A stretch of 32,000 bases of DNA from Erysipelotrichaceae bacterium (GTDB lineage: Bacteria; Bacillota_I; Bacilli_A; Erysipelotrichales; Coprobacillaceae), in assembly GCA_028698185.1 (NCBI GenBank), contig JAQVDW010000016.1:2632-34631 (forward strand), written 5' to 3'. A program made the position numbers and the translations under genes. Positions 24,383 through 32,000 of this stretch are shown piece after piece (within the stretch, counting starts at the first letter, position 1; the number at the start of each line of letters is the position of its first letter). The notes under the pieces were generated by a model. It did no database searches. It saw only the letters and a program-made list of their open reading frames with translations, and was not told where the DNA came from.

Positions 24383-25378
24383 ATGATTGAGACAATTGGA
24401 GCTACATTGAAGCAAGCCCGATTAGAAAACGGATTGACGATCGATGAAGTAAGCAAGATAACACACATTTCAAAGACAATCATCTCGGATATTGAAGCTG
24501 AAAAGTTTGAAAAATATCACCGGGATGAACTATATATAAAAAATTATATCAAAAGGCTGGCAGTCTATTACCGGCTTGATGAACAGGAGTTGCTCAATTC
24601 TTACCTTGATATTACCCAGGAAATATCCCTGAGTGAAGTCAAAAAGAAGAAAGAGGAAAAAGACATTAAGCGGGAAAAGGAAAGCGAAAACAGCACCATT
24701 TCATCCAATATCAACGATACCCTGGCCGAGATGAAAAAGGTGTCAACAATAAAAAAACAGAAACGCAATCGCCGCGTCTACCGCAATAACCATATCCGGG
24801 ACAATATCCGATACATTGTCATCGCGGCCGTTGTTGTCGTGTTGATAGTTGCCCTTTTCTATGGAATCACGAAGCTTTCCTCAAAATCGGCAGATACCAA
24901 TTTCAATAATGTCGCGACACCGGTAATCGAGGACAATACCGATACTGCCGCGACAACCGACGATGGTGCGGTGGTCGACCAGACCGAAACTCCCGAAGAG
25001 ATCCCGGCTCAAGAACCGACGGTTGAATATGTGAAAAACAGTCCGTTGAATTACTCAATCAAGCTTCCGGAAGGAACGGAGAAATTCACCTTCAAGGTCG
25101 TTTTTGTGGGCCGGACATGGGCGGCTTTAAGTGTCAATGGTGTAAATTACAGCGACTTCGCCCAGACAATCTACAACAATGACAACACCAGCAATGATCT
25201 AAGTGATGAAGGCGAACCGGTGGAGATCACTTTCAATACGGCCGATTTCAACGAGCTAAGCCTGCGACTTGGCTACTCTCAAGGGCATAAGTTCTATGTC
25301 AATGACGTCGAATTGCCTACCGATCAGTCGGATTACAACGACTCAACTGCTAACTTTATCTTAACTTTGGAGAAATAA
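24383..25378 (+). CDS. rodZ: RodZ-like cytoskeleton protein (XRE HTH + TM + C-terminal DUF4115-like domain)
   Basis: Start moved to MIETIGATLKQARLENGLTIDEVSKITHISKTIISDIE (ATG 24383, GGTGGAGG RBS). Basic juxtamembrane stretch, one TM helix, an acidic T-rich linker and a beta-rich C-terminus. It sits in the position of B. subtilis ymfM upstream of pgsA. Confidence 0.75.
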   Translation: MIETIGATLKQARLENGLTIDEVSKITHISKTIISDIEAEKFEKYHRDELYIKNYIKRLAVYYRLDEQELLNSYLDITQEISLSEVKKKKEEKDIKREKESENSTISSNINDTLAEMKKVSTIKKQKRNRRVYRNNHIRDNIRYIVIAAVVVVLIVALFYGITKLSSKSADTNFNNVATPVIEDNTDTAATTDDGAVVDQTETPEEIPAQEPTVEYVKNSPLNYSIKLPEGTEKFTFKVVFVGRTWAALSVNGVNYSDFAQTIYNNDNTSNDLSDEGEPVEITFNTADFNELSLRLGYSQGHKFYVNDVELPTDQSDYNDSTANFILTLEK

Positions 25379-25379
25379 A

Positions 25380-25961
25380 ATGAATTTACCGAACAAACTA
25401 ACACTGCTTAGAATCGCGATGATTCCTTTGATTGTGGCGATTTACTATTCACCCCTTCGCAATCTTGAGGGCTACAGCGTCCTCAACAGCACGATCAGCC
25501 TTGTCGATATCCTGGTCCTGGTGATTTTTGCCCTGGCATCTTTCACGGACTATCTCGATGGCATGATCGCCCGACGTGACAACCTGATCACTACTTTTGG
25601 CAAGTTCGCCGATCCGATTGCCGACAAGCTTCTGGTCAATACTCTTTTGTTGCTTCTGGCTGGCGAACAGACAATCCCGATCATCGTGCCGATCATAATG
25701 ATCAGCCGCGACATGATTGTCGACGCTATCCGTCTGGTTAGTTCGTCAAACAACCGCGTCATTGCGGCAAGCTACTGGGGCAAACTCAAAACCGTGACCC
25801 AGATGGTGGCGATTATCATGCTGCTGTTGCGCAACATTCCTTTCTCGCTTCTAGGTGTCAGGGTCGACCTGGTTATGATCATGGTGGCAACCGCTGTCTC
25901 GTTGATTAGCGGGATTGACTACTTTGTCAAGAATCGGGACATCATCCTGGAGTCGATCTGA
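25380..25961 (+). CDS. pgsA: CDP-diacylglycerol--glycerol-3-phosphate 3-phosphatidyltransferase
   Basis: CDP-alcohol phosphatidyltransferase motif DYLDGMIARRDNLITTFGKFADPIADK, with a polytopic membrane profile. Confidence 0.95.
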   Translation: MNLPNKLTLLRIAMIPLIVAIYYSPLRNLEGYSVLNSTISLVDILVLVIFALASFTDYLDGMIARRDNLITTFGKFADPIADKLLVNTLLLLLAGEQTIPIIVPIIMISRDMIVDAIRLVSSSNNRVIAASYWGKLKTVTQMVAIIMLLLRNIPFSLLGVRVDLVMIMVATAVSLISGIDYFVKNRDIILESI

Positions 25962-26413
25962 TGGAAGAATTGGCTAAATTGCTTATTGCCAGAAATATTT
26001 CCATCGCTTCAGTCGAATCGTTCACTGTCGGCAACTTTGGTGCGAGCCTGGGAATGGTTCCGGGGGTTTCCAAGATTTACAAGGGGACCCTGGTTTGCTA
26101 TCAAAACGAAATCAAGGAAAGGCTGGCTGGTATCGACAAAGCCACAATATCCAAATATGGCGTTGTGTCCAAGGAAGTGGCTGGCTTGATGGCAATCAGC
26201 GGGCAGAACCTTTTTGACAGCGATATCGCTGTGAGCTTTACCGGCAATGCCGGGCCCGATGTAATGGAGGACAAAGAGGCCGGTCTTGTCTATGTGGGAA
26301 TCAAGATGGAACAAGTAAGTGTCTATGAATTGAAGCTTGAAGGAGACCGGGCGACGGTAATCTTCCAGGCGGTCGATTTTGCAGTTAGAAAGATACTGGA
26401 AAATATAAAGTAA
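25961..26413 (+). CDS. cinA: CinA C-terminal domain protein (PncC-type nicotinamide-nucleotide amidase domain only)
   Basis: 150 aa. IASVESFTVGNFGASL, KGTLVCYQNEIK and VSFTGNAGPD are typical of the CinA/PncC C-terminal domain. No MoCF-binding N-terminal domain. The start overlaps the pgsA stop by 1 nt (TGATG). Confidence 0.85.
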   Translation: MEELAKLLIARNISIASVESFTVGNFGASLGMVPGVSKIYKGTLVCYQNEIKERLAGIDKATISKYGVVSKEVAGLMAISGQNLFDSDIAVSFTGNAGPDVMEDKEAGLVYVGIKMEQVSVYELKLEGDRATVIFQAVDFAVRKILENIK

Positions 26414-26454
26414 ATCTTATTGCATCAAGGTAAGTACTTTTAGGAGGCGCTATC

Positions 26455-27474
26455 ATGGTAAAAAAAAGCGATATTATTAACGAAGATAAAGAAAAAGCAT
26501 TGAATGAAGCGATTAAACAGTTGGAAAAGCAATATGGCAAGGGGGCGGTAATGCGCCTGGGTGAAAGAACCAGTGTCGAAGTCGATGTGATACCTTCGGG
26601 CTCGCTGACGCTTGATATTGCCTTAGGCATCGGCGGTTATCCCAAAGGGCGGATCGTCGAAATTTACGGTCCGGAATCTTCGGGGAAGACAACCCTGACG
26701 CTTCATGCCATCGCGGAAGTCCAAAAGCAAGGTGGCCGGGCGGCATTTATCGATGCGGAACATGCAATCGATCCGGTTTATGCGCGCAACCTTGGTGTGA
26801 ATATTGACGAACTGATCCTGGCCCAGCCTGACAGCGGGGAGCAGGGGCTGGAAATTGCCGAAACGCTTGTCCGCTCGGGGGCGATCGATTTGGTGGTCGT
26901 GGATTCGGTGGCCGCACTCGTGCCCCAGGTCGAAATCGACGGTGAAATGGGTGACAGCCAGATGGGGCTGCAGGCCAGGCTGATGTCCAAAGCCTTGCGA
27001 AAACTCTCGCCCGTGATAAACAAATCGGAATGCACGATCATCTTCATCAACCAACTCCGTGAAAAAATCGGGGTGATGTTCGGCAATCCGGAAACGACCA
27101 CTGGCGGACGCGCCTTGAAGTTCTATTCTTCAATCAGGATTGAAATCCGCCGCTCCGAAGCGATCAAACAAGGAATGGATGTTGTGGGAAACAAGGTCAA
27201 TATCAAAGTGGTAAAAAACAAGGTTTCACCACCTTTCAAAGCGACGCAGGTCGACATCATTTATGGCAAGGGGATATGCCGCACCGGTGAGGTTCTGGAT
27301 CTGGCGGTGACCAAGGATATCGTCGACAAGGCCGGCGCCTGGTATGCCTACAACGGCGATAAAATCGGACAGGGACGGGAAAATTCGAAAACTTTCCTCG
27401 ATGCCCATCCGGAGATTATGGCCGAGATCACCGAAAAGATTTTAGCAAGTTTAAAACAGGAAAAAGCCCAATAA
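26455..27474 (+). CDS. recA: Recombinase RecA
   Basis: [22 protein letters not shown], Walker [19 protein letters not shown]-like IDAEHAIDP, and L1/L2 loop regions. Product is 339 aa. Confidence 0.98.
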   Translation: MVKKSDIINEDKEKALNEAIKQLEKQYGKGAVMRLGERTSVEVDVIPSGSLTLDIALGIGGYPKGRIVEIYGPESSGKTTLTLHAIAEVQKQGGRAAFIDAEHAIDPVYARNLGVNIDELILAQPDSGEQGLEIAETLVRSGAIDLVVVDSVAALVPQVEIDGEMGDSQMGLQARLMSKALRKLSPVINKSECTIIFINQLREKIGVMFGNPETTTGGRALKFYSSIRIEIRRSEAIKQGMDVVGNKVNIKVVKNKVSPPFKATQVDIIYGKGICRTGEVLDLAVTKDIVDKAGAWYAYNGDKIGQGRENSKTFLDAHPEIMAEITEKILASLKQEKAQ

Positions 27475-27480
27475 TGATCA

Positions 27481-27517
27481 AACCAGTCCGCCATAATAAA
27501 AGCGCGGACTGGTTTTT
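27481..27517 (+). terminator. Intrinsic terminator after recA
   Basis: AACCAGTCCGC (27481-27491), 12-nt loop, GCGGACTGGTT (27504-27514), then a T-run. Confidence 0.85.
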
Positions 27518-27554
27518 GTTATGTCGGAAGCACTTACAAAGTATTTAGATTGTA

Positions 27555-27583
27555 TTGTACATTTTCTAAAAATTTGGTATAAT
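27555..27583 (+). promoter_or_regulatory. Sigma-A promoter of rny
   Basis: TTGTAC at 27555-27560, 17-nt spacer, extended -10 TGgTATAAT (TATAAT at 27578-27583). Confidence 0.75.
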
Positions 27584-27625
27584 GTAAAAGTGTTTAACAA
27601 CACATCAGAAAAATAGGAGGCAGTT

Positions 27626-29182
27626 ATGCAAGGTATAGACTTTATAACTATCATTTCCTATGTTCTAGCAGTTTCAATTGGTTATTTGATTTATTATATC
27701 CAGGATAAGATGCGAATAACCAAAGCAAAAGCTAATGCCCAAAAAATAATTGAAGATGCTCAACGCAAGGCGGAAAACATTATCAAAGAAGCCAGCGTTG
27801 ATGCCAAAAGCCAGGTTTATGAATTGAAGCTGGCTGCCGAAAAAGAAATAAAAGAGAGTAAAGGCGAAATAGCTAAACTTGAAAAAGATTTACGTCAACG
27901 AGAAAAAGGTATTGAAAAACGTGATGCCCAATTGATGGGCAAAGAAGAATCGATGACCCGCCGCGTCAGCCAGTTGGACAAGCGTGAGCAGGGCTTGGAG
28001 GTTCTGGAAACCAGACTTCAGGAAAAAATAGATGCGAAGATTGTCGAGCTTGAGAAAGTGGCGGCGATGACTGCATCGGAAGCAAAAGAAGCGCTGTTCA
28101 GACAGGTGGAACAGGAAACCGCCAAAGAAATGACAGCCTACATCAAGGAACAGGAAGAAGAAGCACTGAACAAGGCCAATTTGAAGGCCAGAGAAGTGAT
28201 CGCCAATGCATTGGACCGATATGCCCAAGAAATGGTGGTTGAGCGCACTGTTGCAACGGTCGCCTTGCCATCGGAAGAAATGAAGGGGCGCATTATCGGC
28301 CGCGAAGGTCGCAACATCAAAGCGATCGAACAGGCTACCGGAGCTGATCTGATTATCGATGACACTCCAGAGGCAATCACAATTTCTTGTTTCGATCCTA
28401 TCCGCCGCGAAGTGGCACGTTTATCATTGGAAAAACTGATCAAGGATGGCCGGATCCAGCCAGGAAGAATTGAGGAAGTAGTTTCTAAAACACAAAAGGA
28501 ACTAGATGATGTAATTCGCCAGGCCGGGGATGATGCCGTGTTTGAACTGGGAATCTCAAAAATTGACAAAGAAATCATCAAGACTATTGGTAAGTTGAAG
28601 TACCGGACAAGTTATGGCCAAAACGCCTTGGCCCATTCACTTGAAGTTGCCCATTTATCTGGAATAATGGCTGCCGAATTGGGACTCAACCAACAGTTAG
28701 CTAAAAGAGCCGGGCTGTTACACGATATTGGTAAAGGTCTTGACCATGAAATGGAAGGAAGTCATGTTGAATTAGGATATAAATTCGCCAAAAAACACGG
28801 TGAAAAGGATATTGTCTTAAATGCGATCGAATCTCATCATGGTGACACTCAAGCTACCTCTATTATTTCAATTATTGTTGGTGCTGCAGACACTTTAAGT
28901 GCCGCTAGACCAGGAGCTCGTAGTGAAACGATTGAAAACTACATTCAACGTTTGGAAAAATTGGAAAAAATCGCAAGTGATTTTGAAGGAGTCGAACGCG
29001 TCTTTGCCATCCAGGCTGGCCGTGAAGTTCGCATCATCGTCAAACCCGACCGGGTCGATGATCTCAAGGCTCATCAGATCGCCCGCGAAGTAAAGAAAAA
29101 AATCGAAGATGAACTTACTTACCCAGGCCAAATCAAGGTTACGGTAATTCGGGAAATTCGTGCTAATGAAATAGCTAAATAA
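27626..29182 (+). CDS. rny: Ribonuclease Y
   Basis: N-terminal TM helix, coiled coil, KH domain [15 protein letters not shown] and HD domain LLHDIGK..ESHHGD. Product is 518 aa. Confidence 0.97.
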   Translation: MQGIDFITIISYVLAVSIGYLIYYIQDKMRITKAKANAQKIIEDAQRKAENIIKEASVDAKSQVYELKLAAEKEIKESKGEIAKLEKDLRQREKGIEKRDAQLMGKEESMTRRVSQLDKREQGLEVLETRLQEKIDAKIVELEKVAAMTASEAKEALFRQVEQETAKEMTAYIKEQEEEALNKANLKAREVIANALDRYAQEMVVERTVATVALPSEEMKGRIIGREGRNIKAIEQATGADLIIDDTPEAITISCFDPIRREVARLSLEKLIKDGRIQPGRIEEVVSKTQKELDDVIRQAGDDAVFELGISKIDKEIIKTIGKLKYRTSYGQNALAHSLEVAHLSGIMAAELGLNQQLAKRAGLLHDIGKGLDHEMEGSHVELGYKFAKKHGEKDIVLNAIESHHGDTQATSIISIIVGAADTLSAARPGARSETIENYIQRLEKLEKIASDFEGVERVFAIQAGREVRIIVKPDRVDDLKAHQIAREVKKKIEDELTYPGQIKVTVIREIRANEIAK

Positions 29183-29206
29183 GATAGGGGAATCCCCCTA
29201 TCTTTT
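29182..29206 (+). terminator. Intrinsic terminator between rny and ymdB
   Basis: AGATAGGGG, loop AATC, CCCCTATCT, then TTTT. The hairpin begins at the last base of the rny stop codon. Confidence 0.8.
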
Positions 29207-29223
29207 AATTATTTGGAGGTAAT

Positions 29224-30000
29224 ATGAAAATACTGTTTATAGGTGATATCTTTGGTTCGATTGGCCGGGAAATGGTCGATGACTATCTCCATCGAATTAA
29301 GAACAAGTATCAGATCGATTTTGTCATCGCGAATTGCGAAAATGCGACCCATGGCCGGGGCATGAGCAAAAAGCATTATGATGAACTGTCGTTTGTGGGC
29401 GTCGATTGCATGACCATGGGAAACCACACCTTCGACAACCGTGAGCTTTACGATTACATCGACGAGGCGGATCGTCTCGTGGTCCCTTTCAATCAGCCAA
29501 AAGTGTTGCCGGGAGTCGGAAGTCGGGTTTTCAATGTCAAAGGCACCAAAATCCGAGTGACAAACTGCCTGGGCTGTGTTTACATGGACTACCGCAATGC
29601 GAATCCTTATGATGAAATCGACAAATATCTTGACATGGAATGCGATATCCATATAATAGATTTTCATGGTGAGGCAACAAGCGAAAAAATCACCTTCGCA
29701 TCATACTGTTCTGGCAAGGCCAATGCAATAATCGGCACCCATACCCATGTGCAAACGGCCGATGAGCGGGTGTTGCGCGATGTCGCGTTCATTTCCGATG
29801 TCGGAATGACCGGACCGTATGAATCGTCAATCGGCATCGATCTTGATCTGGCTGCGGCAAGGATGCGCGGATTGAACCAGAAGTTCGCCGTGGCCGAGTC
29901 TTCGGGGCAACTGTGCGCGGTTGTGATCGAGATTGAAGACGGCAAGACAAAGGGGATTGGAAGAATTTTGATCAATGACGATCATCCTTTTGAATCATAA
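29224..30000 (+). CDS. ymdB: YmdB-family metallophosphoesterase (2',3'-cyclic-nucleotide 2'-phosphodiesterase type)
   Basis: MKILFIGDIFG, ANCENATHGRG, TMGNHTFD and DFHGEATSEK metallophosphoesterase motifs. Conserved position after rny. Confidence 0.92.
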   Translation: MKILFIGDIFGSIGREMVDDYLHRIKNKYQIDFVIANCENATHGRGMSKKHYDELSFVGVDCMTMGNHTFDNRELYDYIDEADRLVVPFNQPKVLPGVGSRVFNVKGTKIRVTNCLGCVYMDYRNANPYDEIDKYLDMECDIHIIDFHGEATSEKITFASYCSGKANAIIGTHTHVQTADERVLRDVAFISDVGMTGPYESSIGIDLDLAAARMRGLNQKFAVAESSGQLCAVVIEIEDGKTKGIGRILINDDHPFES

Positions 30001-30010
30001 GTGAATTGTG

Positions 30011-30039
30011 TTGCAATTTAGATGATAATTTATTAAAAT
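30011..30039 (+). promoter_or_regulatory. Candidate sigma-A promoter of the amino-acid ABC transporter operon
   Basis: TTGCAA at 30011-30016, 17-nt spacer, TAAAAT at 30034-30039. Confidence 0.55.
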
Positions 30040-30068
30040 TAACTATATTTAGGAAAGAGGTAGGAGAA

Positions 30069-30866
30069 ATGAAAGTATTTAAAGTGTTATTGACTATGGT
30101 TTTATCATTTTCACTTTTTGGTTGCGGTTCTTCAAGCAGCAATGGCGATGGAGCCTTGATTGAAGAAGGAATCTTGAAAGTTGGGGTTGCCGCGGAATAC
30201 CCGCCGTTTGAATATATGGCTGAAGACGGAGTCACTCCAATGGGATTCGACATCGATTTGGCTAATGCCATCGGTGAAAAACTTGGAGTTGAGGTCCAAT
30301 TCGTTAACACCGCATGGGACGGAATTTTTGATGGTTTGAACACAAACCGTTATGACGTGGTTATCTCTGGAGTTACCGTGACTGAGGAACGTCAGGGACA
30401 AATGAACTTCTCGGACGAATATCTGGGAAATGCCCAAGCGATTGTCACACTGGCTGATGACACTACAGTAAGCAGCTTTGAAGACCTTGACGGGTTGAAA
30501 GTCGGATACCAGGCTGAGACGACATCTGATGTTGCTTTGACAAAATTCATTGAAGAAAATTCTGGCATGAGTATCAGTGTCAGCGAATACGACATGGTAA
30601 TGAACGCATATGCGGATCTTGCTTCTAAACGTGTTGATGCGGTAGTGTCAGATTCATTGGTTGCGGTTGACTATCTCAAAGATGCGAAGTACCGTCTGGC
30701 ATTCCAAGGTCCTGCTGAGGAATTGATTGCCGTGGCTTTGAAACAAGGAAATGAAGATTTGACTGCTCAAGTCAATGATGCTTTGACACAATTGTATGAT
30801 GATGGAACATTGGTTGAACTTTCAAACACCTGGTTTGGTATCGACGTTGTTTCAAGCGTAAGATAA
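30069..30866 (+). CDS. Polar amino-acid ABC transporter substrate-binding lipoprotein (SBP family 3)
   Basis: Start moved to MKVFKVLLTMVLSFSLFGCGSS (ATG 30069, GGAGAA RBS). The lipobox LFGC is followed by an S-rich linker. Family-3 SBP pattern: LKVGVAAEYPPFEY, GFDIDLANAIG, WDGIFDGLNTNRYDVVISGVT. Confidence 0.9.
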   Translation: MKVFKVLLTMVLSFSLFGCGSSSSNGDGALIEEGILKVGVAAEYPPFEYMAEDGVTPMGFDIDLANAIGEKLGVEVQFVNTAWDGIFDGLNTNRYDVVISGVTVTEERQGQMNFSDEYLGNAQAIVTLADDTTVSSFEDLDGLKVGYQAETTSDVALTKFIEENSGMSISVSEYDMVMNAYADLASKRVDAVVSDSLVAVDYLKDAKYRLAFQGPAEELIAVALKQGNEDLTAQVNDALTQLYDDGTLVELSNTWFGIDVVSSVR

Positions 30867-30873
30867 TAAAGGG

Positions 30874-31530
30874 GTGATTAAAATAGACCAGATCATATCT
30901 TGGATTCCGGCTCTTTTGGATGGGGCCCGGGTTACTATTTTACTGACTCTTGTCTCGGTTGTGACTGGGATATTTATGTCAATCTTTCTGGCTCTTGGAA
31001 AAATGAGCAAGATAACGGTTATCAGGAAGCTATGCGAAGCCTATGTCTTCTTCTTTCGAGGTACGCCGCTTTTGATGCAGTTGTATTTCATCTGGTTTGG
31101 ATTGCCGATGATTTCACCGGTTTTCACAATCCAGTCGCAGTTCTTTGCGGCTTGGCTGGCTTTTTCATTGAACTCGGCGGCATATTGCACCGAAATAATC
31201 CGTGCGGCTTTGGAATCCATTCCCAAAGGACAATATGAAGCGGCCAAGGCCCTGGGCTTGTCTTATGGACAGACCATGCGCCTGATCATCATTCCCCAAT
31301 CGATCCGGCAGCTGATTCCCCCGATTGGCAATGAGTTTATCATGGTGCTCAAGGATGCTTCAATCGTATCGATTATCGCCCTTTCGGACTTGACCAAGGT
31401 GACCCGTTCAATCCAGTCATCGACAAGTTCGTCAATGGTTTATATACCGGCCATGATCATCTATTTGATCATCACGGCGATATTCACTTATATTTTCAAA
31501 CGTCTTGAAATCAGACATTCACGCTATTAG
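30874..31530 (+). CDS. Polar amino-acid ABC transporter permease (His/Glu/Gln/Arg/opine family)
   Basis: GTG start after AAAGGGG. EAA loop motif EAAKALGLSYGQTMRLIIIPQS and 5 TM segments. Confidence 0.9.
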   Translation: MIKIDQIISWIPALLDGARVTILLTLVSVVTGIFMSIFLALGKMSKITVIRKLCEAYVFFFRGTPLLMQLYFIWFGLPMISPVFTIQSQFFAAWLAFSLNSAAYCTEIIRAALESIPKGQYEAAKALGLSYGQTMRLIIIPQSIRQLIPPIGNEFIMVLKDASIVSIIALSDLTKVTRSIQSSTSSSMVYIPAMIIYLIITAIFTYIFKRLEIRHSRY

Positions 31531-31543
31531 GAGGTTTTGTAAG

Positions 31544-32000
31544 ATGATGATGATGATTAAAACAGAAAATCTTTGCAAAAGCTTCGGTACAGTGAAGGTT
31601 TTGAAGGATGTCAACCTGGAAGTCAAAAAAGGCGAAGTTGTTACCATTATCGGACCTTCGGGTGCGGGGAAATCGACCCTGCTGCGCTCGATCAACCAGC
31701 TTGAAACGATCACTTCGGGGAAGATATTCATAGAGGATGAGCTTCTTTCGCACATCGAAAATGGCAAGGAAGTCAGCGGAATAACCAAGGATGAACACAC
31801 TCGGATTCTGACAAAGACCGGAATGGTTTTCCAATCCTTCAACCTTTTCCCGCACAAGACCGTGCTGGAAAATGTGATGCTCGCACCGATCAATGTCCAG
31901 AAAAAAGATCCCGGAACGGTAAAGAAAATCGCCATAGACCTGATTGAACGCGTAGGACTCGGGGAAAAACTCGATTCCTATCCCGCCAATCTGTCAGGAG
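31544..32000 (+). CDS. Polar amino-acid ABC transporter ATP-binding protein (5' partial; runs off the window end)
   Basis: AGGAGG RBS and four tandem ATG codons from 31544. Walker A GPSGAGKST and Q-loop MVFQSFNLFPH. The window ends in ...YPANLSG, the start of the LSGGQ signature. This ORF is not in the supplied track because it has no stop. Confidence 0.92.
   Translation, partial: MMMMIKTENLCKSFGTVKVLKDVNLEVKKGEVVTIIGPSGAGKSTLLRSINQLETITSGKIFIEDELLSHIENGKEVSGITKDEHTRILTKTGMVFQSFNLFPHKTVLENVMLAPINVQKKDPGTVKKIAIDLIERVGLGEKLDSYPANLSG

Noticed and set aside
26300-26454. An SOS (Cheo) box GAAC-N4-GTTC or a dedicated promoter upstream of recA.
   Set aside because: No GAAC-N4-GTTC match was found by eye in the cinA 3' end or in the 41-nt cinA-recA spacer. 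recA appears to be co-transcribed with rodZ-pgsA-cinA. Absence by eye is weak evidence; a position-weight-matrix scan would be decisive.
20-30068. N-terminal extensions of track ORFs at 20, 6037, 6191, 10167, 18358, 23396, 24338 and 30006.
   Set aside because: In each case an internal ATG lies 5-9 nt after a GGAGG-like RBS. It begins the conserved family N-terminus or the signal/lipoprotein peptide. The extension overlaps the upstream gene, a promoter or a terminator.
31544-31555. Four consecutive ATG codons at the start of the ABC ATPase gene, considered as a possible regulatory or slippery feature.
   Set aside because: This is simply an ambiguous start downstream of a good RBS (AGGAGG at 31530-31535). 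There is no accompanying structure or frameshift signal.
1-32000. CRISPR arrays, IS elements or transposases, integrases, prophage genes, toxin-antitoxin pairs, restriction-modification or other defence genes, and tRNA or rRNA genes.
   Set aside because: No spaced direct repeats, inverted terminal repeats or recombinase, nuclease or defence-type motifs were seen on either strand. Every ORF over ~140 aa with coding-like composition is accounted for by the features listed.

Overview
This 32-kb window is a chromosomal, mostly housekeeping segment of a Bacillota (Firmicutes) genome, mid GC by eye. Local gene order resembles Bacillus, Listeria and Streptococcus, and the RNase P RNA is a compact type B. 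A Bacilli- or Erysipelotrichia-like lineage is my inference only.

I support about 34 CDS:
- 1-1883: the tail of a type IV pilus module (pilB-like 3' end, pilT, pilD).
- 2033-6004: an esterase-family protein with no GxSxG motif, a Na/Pi cotransporter, and aspartokinase (minus strand).
- 6236-8853: a tightly packed four-gene operon of two unknown membrane proteins, a DUF45/YgjP-like HExxH protein and a TrmH/SpoU methyltransferase.
- 8881-12575: a Phe T-box leader followed by pheS and pheT.
- 12602-15349, minus strand: ThrE, ThrE_2 and TmcAL.
- 15627-18263: pyk, hup and a YugP-type Zn peptidase.
- 18364-24233: tseB-like, dnaD and nth, then convergent recU-ponA, then gpsB and rnpB.
- 24383-30000: rodZ-like, pgsA, cinA (C-terminal domain only), recA, rny and ymdB.
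- 30069-32000: a polar amino-acid ABC transporter; its ATPase gene runs off the window end.

Most transcription units end in clear intrinsic terminators, and several have near-consensus sigma-A promoters.

I saw no CRISPR array, transposase, integrase, phage gene, tRNA or rRNA gene, and no recognisable defence gene. I cannot point to a convincing self-contained novel multi-gene system.

The best leads are:
1. TmcAL carries a C-terminal extension that reads like a Nudix fold with its catalytic Arg and Glu residues replaced by Lys, Gln and Asn.
2. The two unknown membrane proteins are translationally packed with a DUF45 metalloprotease-like gene.
3. An unexplained ~170-nt structured intergenic element lies upstream of pyk.
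4. A PilT retraction ATPase sits in a pilus module that continues upstream of the window.

All family calls come from motif recognition by eye; no searches were run.
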